From: an uncultured Candidatus Binatia bacterium | GTDB lineage: Bacteria > Desulfobacterota > Binatia > UBA9968 > JAJDTQ01 | Assembly: GCA_965215605.1 (NCBI GenBank) | Contig: OZ244070.1 | Location: 2,720,001-2,784,000 of the forward strand | Length of the DNA stretch: 64,000 bases | Direction of reading: 5' to 3' | In this document: positions 1-9,400 of the stretch, in pieces | Numbering within the stretch: the first letter of the stretch is position 1 | Layout of the letters: the number at the start of each line of letters is the position of its first letter | Notes under the pieces: generated by a model | Seen by the model: only the letters and a program-made list of their open reading frames with translations | Told to the model about the DNA's origin: nothing | Databases searched by the model: none | Program-made: the position numbers and the translations under genes

Positions 1-306
1 GGCTCCCCGGGCCCATATGCTCCAGGGGTAGGACTTCCGCAGTTCCCGGAAGTGGTCGCCCGCGGCGTCGTGCTTCCCGGCCTGCAGGGCGATTCGCCCG
101 AGATAGTAGAGGGCATGGTCGCCGAGGACCAGGTCGGGGTCGCCCAGTGCGCTTCGGAAGAGCGTTTCCGAGCGGGAGTGGTCGCCCTCCGAATAGTGGC
201 GGTAGGCGCGGGCGAACTCCGATTCCGACCCCGTGAGAGCGTGGACGGAAGCCGCCGCCGGCGCGAGCAGCAGAAACCAGACGAGGACGTAGAGACGCTT
301 TTTCAT
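1..306 (-). CDS. Secreted TPR-like protein, 5' part only (runs off the window; possibly a lytic transglycosylase N-terminus)
   Basis: Hand translation from ATG 306: MKKRLYVLVWFLLLAPAAASVHA (signal peptide), then DHALYYLGRIALQAGKHDAARDHFRELRKSYPWS (TPR-like helix pair); frame open to the window edge. Confidence 0.65.
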   Translation of the reverse strand, partial: MKKRLYVLVWFLLLAPAAASVHALTGSESEFARAYRHYSEGDHSRSETLFRSALGDPDLVLGDHALYYLGRIALQAGKHDAAGDHFRELRKSYPWSIWARGA

Positions 307-438
307 CGGCGTGCCGGATCGTTTCGGAATTGTAACAGGCACGGCGCCGGCGGGTAAGGTGCCGGGGGCTGTGGTATACTCGAATCCTGTCGTGCAGGTG
401 GAGGAGCCGCCGGCTCCGAATCCGAGGGCGGGGCATCG

Positions 439-1137
439 ATGGTCGACATCGCCGGTAACTGCAAACGGGTCCTGGAAGGAATCCGCCGCGCCGCGGAGCG
501 GAGCGGCAGGGATCCGCGGCAGGTCAGGCTGCTTGCCGCCACGAAGACCCAGCCCGTCTCCGCGGTGCGGGCCGCCGTGGAAGCGGGGGTGCGTCTGCTG
601 GGCGAGAACTACGTGCAGGAAGCGCAGGCCAAGAAGGATCTCGTCGGCGATATTGCCGAGTGGCACATGATCGGACACCTCCAGCGAAACAAGGTGCGGT
701 CCGCAGCGGAGTTGTTTTCGGTCATCCAGACCCTGGACAACCCGCGCCTGGCCCGGCTATTGGACCGGGAGGGGCGCGAGCGAAACCGGGACGTTCCTGT
801 GCTGGTGGAGGTCAACCTCACCGGAGAGCAGACCAAGACGGGCGTGGCCGAAGAAGGGCTTGCGCCGCTGTTGCGGGAGGTGTCCGGACTGGAACGGCTC
901 CGGGTCCGCGGCCTGATGATCGTGCCGCCGTTCGCCGAGGACCCGGAAGCGGGCCGCCCGCATTTCCGGAGGCTCCGGGAGTTGCGTGATTCGCTGAACG
1001 ACCTCGGCCTTGCCAACGTGGCCCTGGACGAGTTGTCCATGGGGATGACACATGACTATGAGGTGGCGGTGGCCGAGGGGTCGACGCTTGTGCGGGTCGG
1101 CACTGCCTTGTTCGGCCCCAGAGGCCCGTCGCGGTAA
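439..1137 (+). CDS. yggS: PLP homeostasis protein, YggS family
   Basis: LLAATKT, GENYVQE, WHMIGHLQRNK, LSMGMTHDY, VRVGTALFG motifs. Confidence 0.95.
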   Translation: MVDIAGNCKRVLEGIRRAAERSGRDPRQVRLLAATKTQPVSAVRAAVEAGVRLLGENYVQEAQAKKDLVGDIAEWHMIGHLQRNKVRSAAELFSVIQTLDNPRLARLLDREGRERNRDVPVLVEVNLTGEQTKTGVAEEGLAPLLREVSGLERLRVRGLMIVPPFAEDPEAGRPHFRRLRELRDSLNDLGLANVALDELSMGMTHDYEVAVAEGSTLVRVGTALFGPRGPSR

Positions 1138-1166
1138 GCGGGCTCAAACCAACCAGAGGTGGGGAT

Positions 1167-1466
1167 ATGTTCGTGGCGGGAAACTTTCTGCAGGCGGTCG
1201 CTGGACTTCTCGATTTCGCCTTGACTCTCTACGTGTGGCTGATCGTGGGGCGCGCCGTGATCTCCTGGGTCAATGCCGACCCCTACAACCCCATCGTGCG
1301 CATGCTCTGCAACCTCACCGATCCGGTCCTGGACCGGTTGAGGCAGATGCTTCCCATGAGCTTCGGCGGCATCGACATGTCGCCCGTCGCGGCCATCTTC
1401 ATCGCCTGGTTCCTGCGCGCCTTCCTGGTGACGTCGCTCTACGACCTGGCCCGGGCAGTGAACTAG
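1167..1466 (+). CDS. yggT: YggT family membrane protein
   Basis: RAVISWVNADPYNPIVR...LTDPVL...GGIDMSP; follows yggS. Confidence 0.92.
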   Translation: MFVAGNFLQAVAGLLDFALTLYVWLIVGRAVISWVNADPYNPIVRMLCNLTDPVLDRLRQMLPMSFGGIDMSPVAAIFIAWFLRAFLVTSLYDLARAVN

Positions 1467-1522
1467 TGTTCTGTCCCACGTAATTCTTCACCAAGATGCG
1501 CAGGATTTCTTGTCGTCGGCAA
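1463..1522 (+). repeat. MITE-like dispersed repeat, copy A (degenerate, truncated)
   Basis: CTAGTGTT...AAGATGCGCAGGATTTCTTGTCGTCGGCAA shared with 15829 and 24686; starts at the yggT TAG. Confidence 0.7.
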
Positions 1523-1562
1523 CAGGGCACCGCTAGCGTGGGCTTGGAACTTGGCCGTGTAG

Positions 1563-1860
1563 GTGGCCGACCTGCACGAGCGGGCGCACTCGGGAGCGTA
1601 CCGGGCGACGCCGTCGCGGCGCGTGAACATCCCCAAGCCCGACGGCGGGACACGACCGCTCGGCGTCGCGGCCATCGAGGACAAGATAGTCCAGAAGGCC
1701 GTGACGGAGACAATCCTGACACCGATATACGAGGCGGAGTTCCTGGGGTTCGGTTACAGGTTCCGGCCCGGACGTGGGACGCACGACGCGCTCACCGCGC
1801 TCACGACCGGAATAAAACGTCGCGAAATCACCTGGGTGGTGGACATTGACGTACGCGCTG
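1563..1860 (+). pseudogene. Group II intron reverse transcriptase fragment (N-terminal RT blocks only)
   Basis: YRATPSRRVNIPKPDGGTRPLGVAAIEDKIVQ...IYEAEFLGFGYRFRPGRGTHDAL...WVVDIDV; stops before PQG and YADD. Confidence 0.85.
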
Positions 1861-1892
1861 CAGGACTCGGCATCGCGAGAAGGAATCAAATC

Positions 1893-4232
1893 ATGCGGGA
1901 AAGCGCGCAGAACATGACATCCATGTCGAAGCCCGTTTTCTTCGATCTGGTAGTGGGTCGATACTTCTGGACGATAGCCGTCACATTCCTCGTGACCGCG
2001 GTTCTCGCCGCGGGAGTGCAGCACCTGATTACCGTCAATGTAGGCATCCGAAATCACTTCGATGAACATGACCGGCATTTGATCAAACTTGACGATTTCG
2101 AAGAGACCTACGCAGTGTCGGACAGCGTGCTCGTCATTGTCGCGCCGCCGAACGACACGGTTTTCACGCGCCAAGTACTCGTTGCGATTGAGCAACTGAC
2201 GGAGGTGTTGTGGCAAACGCCTTATTCTGTCCGTGTCGATTCGATAACCAATTACCTGCACACCGAGGGAATCGAGGACACCCTGATTGTCGAGCAGCTG
2301 GTCGACGATGCGGCTTTGCTGGACGAGGTCAAACTCGCCCGCATTCGACAGATTGCGCTCACCACACAGGACACGGCCGGCCGTTTCGTCTCTCGCGACG
2401 GTCGTGTGGCCGGGCTGATCGTGAGCCTGGCAATTCCCGATGAAAAACGGAAACAGCGCAAAATCGACGTGGTCGACGGTCTCTACGATCTTGTCAACAA
2501 ACAGCGCGCGGCCAACCCCGACATCGAATATCACATCTATGGTGAACTGTTGTTGAATCGGGCGGTTCGCGAGGCGCTGAATGAAGATATGTCCTTTTTG
2601 GCGCCCATCGCGTTTGCGATGATGGTTCTGGTGGCCATTCTATTGCTGTGGTCGGTTTGGAGCGTCTGTGGAATTTTTGCGATGATAATTGCGGTGATGG
2701 CATCGAGCTTCGGTTTAACCGGCTGGTTCGGATTGAAATTCTATGCGGAAAGCGGCGCTGCGGTATTCGTTCTGATGGCGATCGCCATCGCACACTCCGT
2801 CCACCTGATCGAAGGAATGACCGATGGAATGCGTCGTGGAATGGAACGTAAAGCCGCTGTTGTTCATTCCCTGCAAATCAATGCCCATCCGATATTTCTC
2901 ACTTCGCTCACAACCATGATCGGTTTTCTGAGCCTGAATTTCTCGGAAATGCCGCCGTTTCGAGTGATGGGAAATATCGTTGCGTTCGGCGCCATGTGCG
3001 CATTCGTTTACGCGGTCACGCTTTTGCCCGCATTGCTGGCGATGATGCCCATGCGGGCACCCGCCGAAAAGAGAAACGGAACGAAAACTTTCAAGCGTTT
3101 GGGAGATTTCGTCGTGTCCAAAAGCACCTTGTTGCTTTGGGCTTTCGTCATACTCGTTCTGGTGAGCGGATATGGCGTCTCGAGAATTAAACTGAACGAC
3201 AACAACAACGCCAAGCTGCTGAACGAAAGCTACGAGTTGCGCCGATCGGGGGATTTCATAAACGAGAACTTTTCCGGGCTGGATTCCTTCGAGTATTCAC
3301 TGGATTCCGGGCGTGCAGGGGGGATCACCGACATCGAGTACCTGCATCGGGTGGATTCGTTCGCCAATTGGCTTCGCGAACAGCCTGAAGTTTCTCACGT
3401 CACCTCGATGGCCGATATCATGAAGCGAATTAATCAGAATCTGCATAATGACGCAAAAGGCTCCTATGCCCTGCCGGCAAACTCCGACCTTGCGGCCCAA
3501 TACCTGCTTTTATACCAGTTCTCCCTACCGGTGGGCCGCGACATAAACAATCTCATCAACTTTGAGCGGTCGGCGACCCGGATGACCGTCGTGATCGGGG
3601 GAATGTCGGTCAAAGAGCAAATCGAGTTGGACAATCGCGCTTCTGCCTGGCTGGGAGAAAACGCGCCGCAAATGCGAACCGGAGCGACCGGCGTCGCCAT
3701 TGTCGGCGCTTACTCGGTGATGAGAAACATCGTAAATATGTTGCTCGGCACCTTCATCGCAATCTCGATCGTGTCGTTGCTGTTGATTTTTGCATTCAAA
3801 AGCCTTCGTTTGGGGCTTCTGAGCCTAATACCGAATTTCGTTCCAGCAATCATCGCCCTGGGGGCTTGGGGTTACGCGGTGGGAACCGTGAATATCGCCG
3901 CATCAATCGTTACCGCGATAGCGTTTGCCATCGTTGTGGACGACACCATCCATCTGCTGTCCAAATACCTGAAATCACGCGCAGAGGGCAAATCACCTTC
4001 CGAAGCTATCGCGCCGACTTTCGAGGTCGTTGGAAAACCGCTGTTAAGCACAACCTTGATTTTTGCGGTGGCATTTTTCGTCTTTGGCGCGTCGGGGCTG
4101 GTGACCAATCAGACGCTCGGGTTGCTGGTCGGAATGACGGTCATCGTTGCGCTCCTTGCGGACCTCTTTTTACTACCGCCGCTTCTGCTGGCGCTCGACA
4201 GGACGAAACACGGGCCAGCGCGCGGCGACTAG
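1893..4232 (+). CDS. MMPL/RND family lipid transporter (HpnN/sterol-transporter-like)
   Basis: Two repeats of TM1 + large loop + 5 TM; IFLTSLTTMIGFLSL and AIVVDDTIH motifs; ATG 1893 preceded by AGAAGGA. Confidence 0.88.
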   Translation: MRESAQNMTSMSKPVFFDLVVGRYFWTIAVTFLVTAVLAAGVQHLITVNVGIRNHFDEHDRHLIKLDDFEETYAVSDSVLVIVAPPNDTVFTRQVLVAIEQLTEVLWQTPYSVRVDSITNYLHTEGIEDTLIVEQLVDDAALLDEVKLARIRQIALTTQDTAGRFVSRDGRVAGLIVSLAIPDEKRKQRKIDVVDGLYDLVNKQRAANPDIEYHIYGELLLNRAVREALNEDMSFLAPIAFAMMVLVAILLLWSVWSVCGIFAMIIAVMASSFGLTGWFGLKFYAESGAAVFVLMAIAIAHSVHLIEGMTDGMRRGMERKAAVVHSLQINAHPIFLTSLTTMIGFLSLNFSEMPPFRVMGNIVAFGAMCAFVYAVTLLPALLAMMPMRAPAEKRNGTKTFKRLGDFVVSKSTLLLWAFVILVLVSGYGVSRIKLNDNNNAKLLNESYELRRSGDFINENFSGLDSFEYSLDSGRAGGITDIEYLHRVDSFANWLREQPEVSHVTSMADIMKRINQNLHNDAKGSYALPANSDLAAQYLLLYQFSLPVGRDINNLINFERSATRMTVVIGGMSVKEQIELDNRASAWLGENAPQMRTGATGVAIVGAYSVMRNIVNMLLGTFIAISIVSLLLIFAFKSLRLGLLSLIPNFVPAIIALGAWGYAVGTVNIAASIVTAIAFAIVVDDTIHLLSKYLKSRAEGKSPSEAIAPTFEVVGKPLLSTTLIFAVAFFVFGASGLVTNQTLGLLVGMTVIVALLADLFLLPPLLLALDRTKHGPARGD

Positions 4233-4400
4233 CTTCCGGGACGTTTTGTGATGGCCGAAGGCATGAGGCCCTGGACGCGCCGATCACCCCGGTTCCGCCG
4301 GCGTCTCGCGAGCAAACTTCCGCCCGTCCGCGTCCACGTTCGCGGCATGCCGTCATTCTCGACAGCGTCCGTATTGCCGGTCACGAGTGCAGGAGCACCT

Positions 4401-6419
4401 TCAAGACGAAATTTCGCGCAACTGGCTTGCGATGCGCAGCCGAAGTTTCTTCGTAACCGACAATGCCGGGAATGGGTTGATTTTCAGCTTATAGTCTTTG
4501 GGCGGCGGCGCAAAGTCAAAATGATGCGCTATAACCAACACGGTAACCGTCGCCTGCAAATGCATCCATGCCCATCCCGCGCACGAGTGGGTATCCAAGC
4601 CGTTCGGAGCGTATCCAGGACCTTGATGCTCATTGCGCGGCGGGAGGTAACGGTCGATATCGAAGTCGTAGGGGTCTGCGAAGCAATCACTCATGTAGTG
4701 GGCCGCGGTTTGCACAATGTACAACCGTTCCCTGAGCGGCAGTGAATAATTTTCCACCACGCAAGAATTTGCGACATCGCGAAGATGTGTGCTGATAATC
4801 GGATACATTCGCAAGCATTCCATGAGAAAGCGCCTGGTAACGTCATACTTGTCCGGCGTAAACGCTTCTTTATCCGGATCGCCGCCATCGAACAGCGCGT
4901 TTGCCTCTTCACGAATTCTCGCCGCAATATCCGGGTGCCGGGCCAACTCATAAAGCGCGAAACCCAACATGTCCCCTAGATAAATACTTTGAAACACGGG
5001 CGTTACCGCCATCATGAACATCAGGTTTTGCTCCGGGATAAACTGCGGATCGCTGCTGTGCAAAGAAATCAGCTCGTCCGCCAGCTCCCGGGCGGCGCCT
5101 GCACGGTGAATGGGAATGTGGTTCTGTTCGATGCGCCGAAGGAGTTTCTCGTAAAGCTGGAAGCGATACTTCATGCCGGGAGTGCGCGTCAGGAATTTCG
5201 GCAGAAAATCCGCAACGTAGCAAAGGATTGCTTTTTCATTCCATTTGACCAGGTCTTCAAATACATCTTGCGAATTCGTACTAATAAGAACCTGAGACAT
5301 TTGAAAATTGGTCATCGACCGGGTATCGCGCTGTACTTCCAGTGTCGAGCCTGCCTGCCACTTTTGAGTTATCATGAATTGGCGGCTCAGTCGGAACATG
5401 TCATCCAGCCGCTCATGGAAACTGGCCTTCGAGTAAATTTTCCCCATCAGCTTGCGCAATCGAAAATGATCAGCTCCGTCCGTCGACGGCAGTAAATTGT
5501 TTGCGCCGCAAACCGTCTCCATCTTGCGAAAAAAATTGCCGGAAGTCAAAAACCTTCGGGAATTTCGACGCATCCAATGATTGATGTCAGGTCCTGCCAA
5601 AAATGTTCGCGGCCTTTGAAACGGCGGACAGATTTGAAAGACGGGACCATATCGGTCGGCCAGATTCCCGAACAGCGCCGGGAGGTTGCCGTCCCACAAA
5701 TGCCGATTTGCAAACAAGCTCCTTAGGGGAATCTTCGGAATTGGTTTTGTGAGGGGTGAGTGTTGCAATACAGGCGTAATGGCGAGCTGCTTGACAGCAG
5801 TGGAGATGACCCGGTTGATCAGTTCCGTTTTACAAACCTGGTCAATTCGCTGTTTCTCGTTCTCACCCAGCTCGAAAATGAATTTGATGATATCGCACGC
5901 GTTCAAAAGACCGATTATCAGGGAATCCCTCGGGTCTGGAATGATATCCGTGAAAATCACCTTCGCGATTCGCGATTTGATGTACTTTCCAACGGTTTCG
6001 CTTTGGGGATATCGTTCCAATTCCGCATGCCAGGCGCAGTGGTTCGTTGTATAAAACTCACCATCATGGCGCGTCAGAATTTCGGAGTTGATCAACTGCT
6101 TCAGTGTAGCATCGATGATGTCTTCCGAATGAACTGCAAGCCGCTCAATCCAGTATCGCGGTTCTTCGAGATTGGGATGGGATGCAAACTCGTCCAGGCA
6201 TAGATCCAGTGCCGGGTCGCCTGTTTTGGTCGAGTCCAGGAGAAAGAGCGATTCTTCATCTGTATCAATGCGTGATTTCAGGGAGAGATCGGCCAGAACT
6301 GCGCCGATGGTGGCGCAGTTCAGCGTCCAGCCCTCCACTTGGTGGAAATAACCGTTCTGCTCGTTGAGAATCGTCAGGATGAATTCTTGCGGGATATTCA
6401 ACGATTGCTTCGTTATCAT
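4401..6419 (-). CDS. GPP34/GOLPH3-like domain fused to an atypical cytochrome P450
   Basis: N-terminal EFILTILNEQNG...GAVLADLSLKSRI...TGDPALD...YWIERL (GPP34 pattern); C-terminal ECLRMYP (ExxR), FDIDRY, heme loop PNGLDTHSCAG; start ATG 6419 (or 6431). Confidence 0.82.
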   Translation of the reverse strand: MITKQSLNIPQEFILTILNEQNGYFHQVEGWTLNCATIGAVLADLSLKSRIDTDEESLFLLDSTKTGDPALDLCLDEFASHPNLEEPRYWIERLAVHSEDIIDATLKQLINSEILTRHDGEFYTTNHCAWHAELERYPQSETVGKYIKSRIAKVIFTDIIPDPRDSLIIGLLNACDIIKFIFELGENEKQRIDQVCKTELINRVISTAVKQLAITPVLQHSPLTKPIPKIPLRSLFANRHLWDGNLPALFGNLADRYGPVFQICPPFQRPRTFLAGPDINHWMRRNSRRFLTSGNFFRKMETVCGANNLLPSTDGADHFRLRKLMGKIYSKASFHERLDDMFRLSRQFMITQKWQAGSTLEVQRDTRSMTNFQMSQVLISTNSQDVFEDLVKWNEKAILCYVADFLPKFLTRTPGMKYRFQLYEKLLRRIEQNHIPIHRAGAARELADELISLHSSDPQFIPEQNLMFMMAVTPVFQSIYLGDMLGFALYELARHPDIAARIREEANALFDGGDPDKEAFTPDKYDVTRRFLMECLRMYPIISTHLRDVANSCVVENYSLPLRERLYIVQTAAHYMSDCFADPYDFDIDRYLPPRNEHQGPGYAPNGLDTHSCAGWAWMHLQATVTVLVIAHHFDFAPPPKDYKLKINPFPALSVTKKLRLRIASQLREISS

Positions 6420-6499
6420 GTTACACGCCATTCCTCGTGATTTGATTCTTTCTCGTGATGCCGATGCCTGCGGCTTCCGGTCCCCTTTTTTCCATCCCT

Positions 6500-9400
6500 C
6501 TACGAGAACTTCTTTGCCGTTCCGGTTCTGCCGTCCGGCGTCATGTCCACAGCCGCCACTCTTCCAGCCATGACGCGTTGACTTCTCGCCGGTAATATCA
6601 TGTTCATTCGTTGGTTCCGGCGACGCTGCTCGTAGAGGGCAAGCGCGTGCAGGGGGAAATACTGGCGGTAGAGCACGTAATCCAGGAGCGCCGTTCGAAA
6701 AAAAACGCCGGCCATGTCCTGCTTGGGCCAAGTCCCGTCTGCTTCCTGCGTATCAAGCAGGAAGCCGGCACCCCGGGAAATCGCGGCCCAGTCTGTTGTG
6801 CCCGCCTCGAGGAGCGCTATCAGCGCCCACGCGGTCTGTATGACCTGGCTTTCCTGATGCGGGACGTAGCGACCGCTCAGGCAGCCGCTGTGGTGTTCGC
6901 CCCATCCCCCGTCTTGCTGCTGGCGCTCCAGCAGCCAGCGGCAAGACGCGCGCAGCGCCGGATCGCTTGGACCGGCCCGGTCCGAAACAAGGCCCCTGAT
7001 GCCGAAAAGGGTGCCGTAGATGTACTGTACCCCCCATACGCCGCGCCAACTGCCGTCAGCCATCTGGTGCCGTCGCAACCACAAGACGCCCCGGGCGATG
7101 GAGTCGGCAACCACCGACCTGTCGCCAATTTCGGGAAATCGATCCCGGCAGACAGCCAGCGCCGCGATACAAGACGCGGTACACTCGACAAAAGAACGCT
7201 CGGTCATCGATTCGCCGAACATCTCTGCAGGATTCAAGCGCTCCAGATCAATTGCCGAGCGCCTGGCCTCATAACTGCCGAAGCCGCCGTCGGGGTTCTG
7301 GCTTCGCAACATAAAGCCAATCGCTTCGCTGAGGACGGACGGGTCCGTGTCGTCTCCGTGGGCGGCGACGAGTCCGAGCACCGCCTCCGCCGTGCAGTCA
7401 CTCACCGGCCAGCCATGCCACCCGCCAGCGAAGCACCAGCCGCCTTTGGGGTCAGCGCGGTAGGCTTCACGAAACCGCTCAAAGCTGGTCTTGATCTGTT
7501 CGCCGAGCAGAAAATCGGCGCCGCGCTGGAGCGCATCCCGAACACGGTCCGTCTCAGGCATGGTAGCCAGAGCCTGCAGCACGAACCCGGTATCCCACGA
7601 AGCGCTTCTTGCTCCGGTGACCCGCAAGCCGTCGTCTTCGTCTTCCCATATCCAGGAACCCATTTTCGATAGCGCCCGTCGGCAATCGGTATCGTCCGGA
7701 TCGTGCAGCCACAGCGCCAGAATGTTGAGAATGCCGCTGACCGGAGAGATGCTCGTATGGCCGGTGGTCTGCAGTTCCCATCTGATCTGCCCGAGAATTG
7801 TATCCATGCACCGTGTGCGCAGGTGTTTGCTGTGGAACCGCTCGACCAGCCGTGCAAATCCATATCCGAGCCTGAGCCAGACGGACGGCCTTGCAAAAAG
7901 ATCGGCGTCCCGAAGCCGGTTCCTGGCGGCGAGAAAATCGGCCCTGGCAAAACCTTGCGGATAAAGCTCTTCCCGCAACGCGGCGATAACTGGTGTGACG
8001 GGCACCTGGAACCGGCGGGCATAAATCGACGCCATCGCCATATAGAGGAGCCGTGTATGGCAGTACCAGTTGGAGGGATGCAGCGGTATCTTCCGCGGCA
8101 GGCTCCACAATTCCGGCAGAACAGCGTTCACGCCGTTCCAATCATAAAGATTAAGGAGCGCCAGCCATAATTTTCCCCAGCTCGGAATGCCGAGAATCCC
8201 CTCGGCCTGAATGAACCGCCGGGCCGGCGCGATCAGGGGGTCATCCGGCAATACACCGAGCAGCCGCGCCGCGACATAAACGAGGGCGGTGACGAACAGA
8301 TGGGGCGACGAATGCTCGTGCAGGCCCCATGAACCGTCCTGGAGACGAGTCCTCTCAAACGAGCGCAGCACCCGGCGCCGCTTTCCCGGATCGAGCGGCT
8401 GGCCGATGATGTGGTGGAGCAGTACGTATTGCGCCGTGAGCATGGGACACCAGACCATCTCGCCTTCCCAGTCGCCGTCCTCTCTCTGCAGTTGCACGAG
8501 GCATTGGGCGGCGCTGTCCAGCGCCGGGCCGGCATCGGGCGAATCGACCTCTCCGGCGCGGGCAGGCCGCTCCGATTCGGTTTTCGAAGGGATGGAATAG
8601 GGGAATGCCCGTCGTAGGTGCTCTCGCGCATTCGCGCTTTCCTCCCTTCCTTCCCTGGTCGCCTCCCTCAACTGGCGGATGCCGAGCAGCAACCACCAAA
8701 GGCGAGCAGCCAACGCGCGAAAGTTCACCAACATCCGACGCCATGAAAGCCTGCGGATGGAGAAGGTTATCTCCCGGCTCATTGCCCGCGCGACAGTTTC
8801 GCAAAAGGAGAAAACCGTCATTGACATGGACAAGTCTTCGCAGGCAAGTATCCGCATGGTCCGGTCCCGATACCCCGAATTCGCTCGCCAGCCCTGGTAA
8901 ACGGCCTTTCTGAGCATAGCCGATTCGGTGCGGTAATCGCCCAACACCTCATAAAGCCCCATGGCAAGGAACTCGGGAACACGGGTCGCCTGGAACCGCT
9001 CTGCGGTGAATTGCTGGAAGTCCTCGCTTTTGGAGAGCGCCAGCGCATCGCCGAAGCCGAGAGTCATGCCGACTGCCGTCATGGGATGATAGTGTCCGGC
9101 GGCATCGCCGATAAGCACCCGGCGCGGGCTCCCGTACGTGACACGCGGTCTCAATTGGTTGGGGGCGGCATGGAATCGCCTGACGTGCAGCGCTTCGACG
9201 AAGGCTGGCCCGAGATATCCCGGAAGCAGCTTGCCATAGGATTCAGACAAGAAACTTATCCAGTCCTTGGAATTCCAGCAGTCCAATGGGACATCCACGT
9301 TGACCCGGACGGAGCCGTTCGCAAGTCCGTAAATGAAAATTGGACCCGGCCCGCCCAGAACCACATGTCCGTATCCTTCAAACGGCAGGTCGGCGTCGTG

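Noticed and set aside
1563-1860. Functional retron, DGR or defence RT system
   Set aside because: Only the N-terminal RT blocks are present, with no YADD and no recognisable intron RNA, msr/msd or template/variable repeat
6420-6731. N-terminal extension of the P450 ORF given in the ORF track
   Set aside because: It overlaps the 3' end of SE-OSC, does not look protein-like, and an RBS precedes ATG 6419
6500-8550. Squalene-hopene cyclase (hopanoid cluster)
   Set aside because: The catalytic motif is DCTAE rather than DxDD, and the cyclase is fused to an epoxidase
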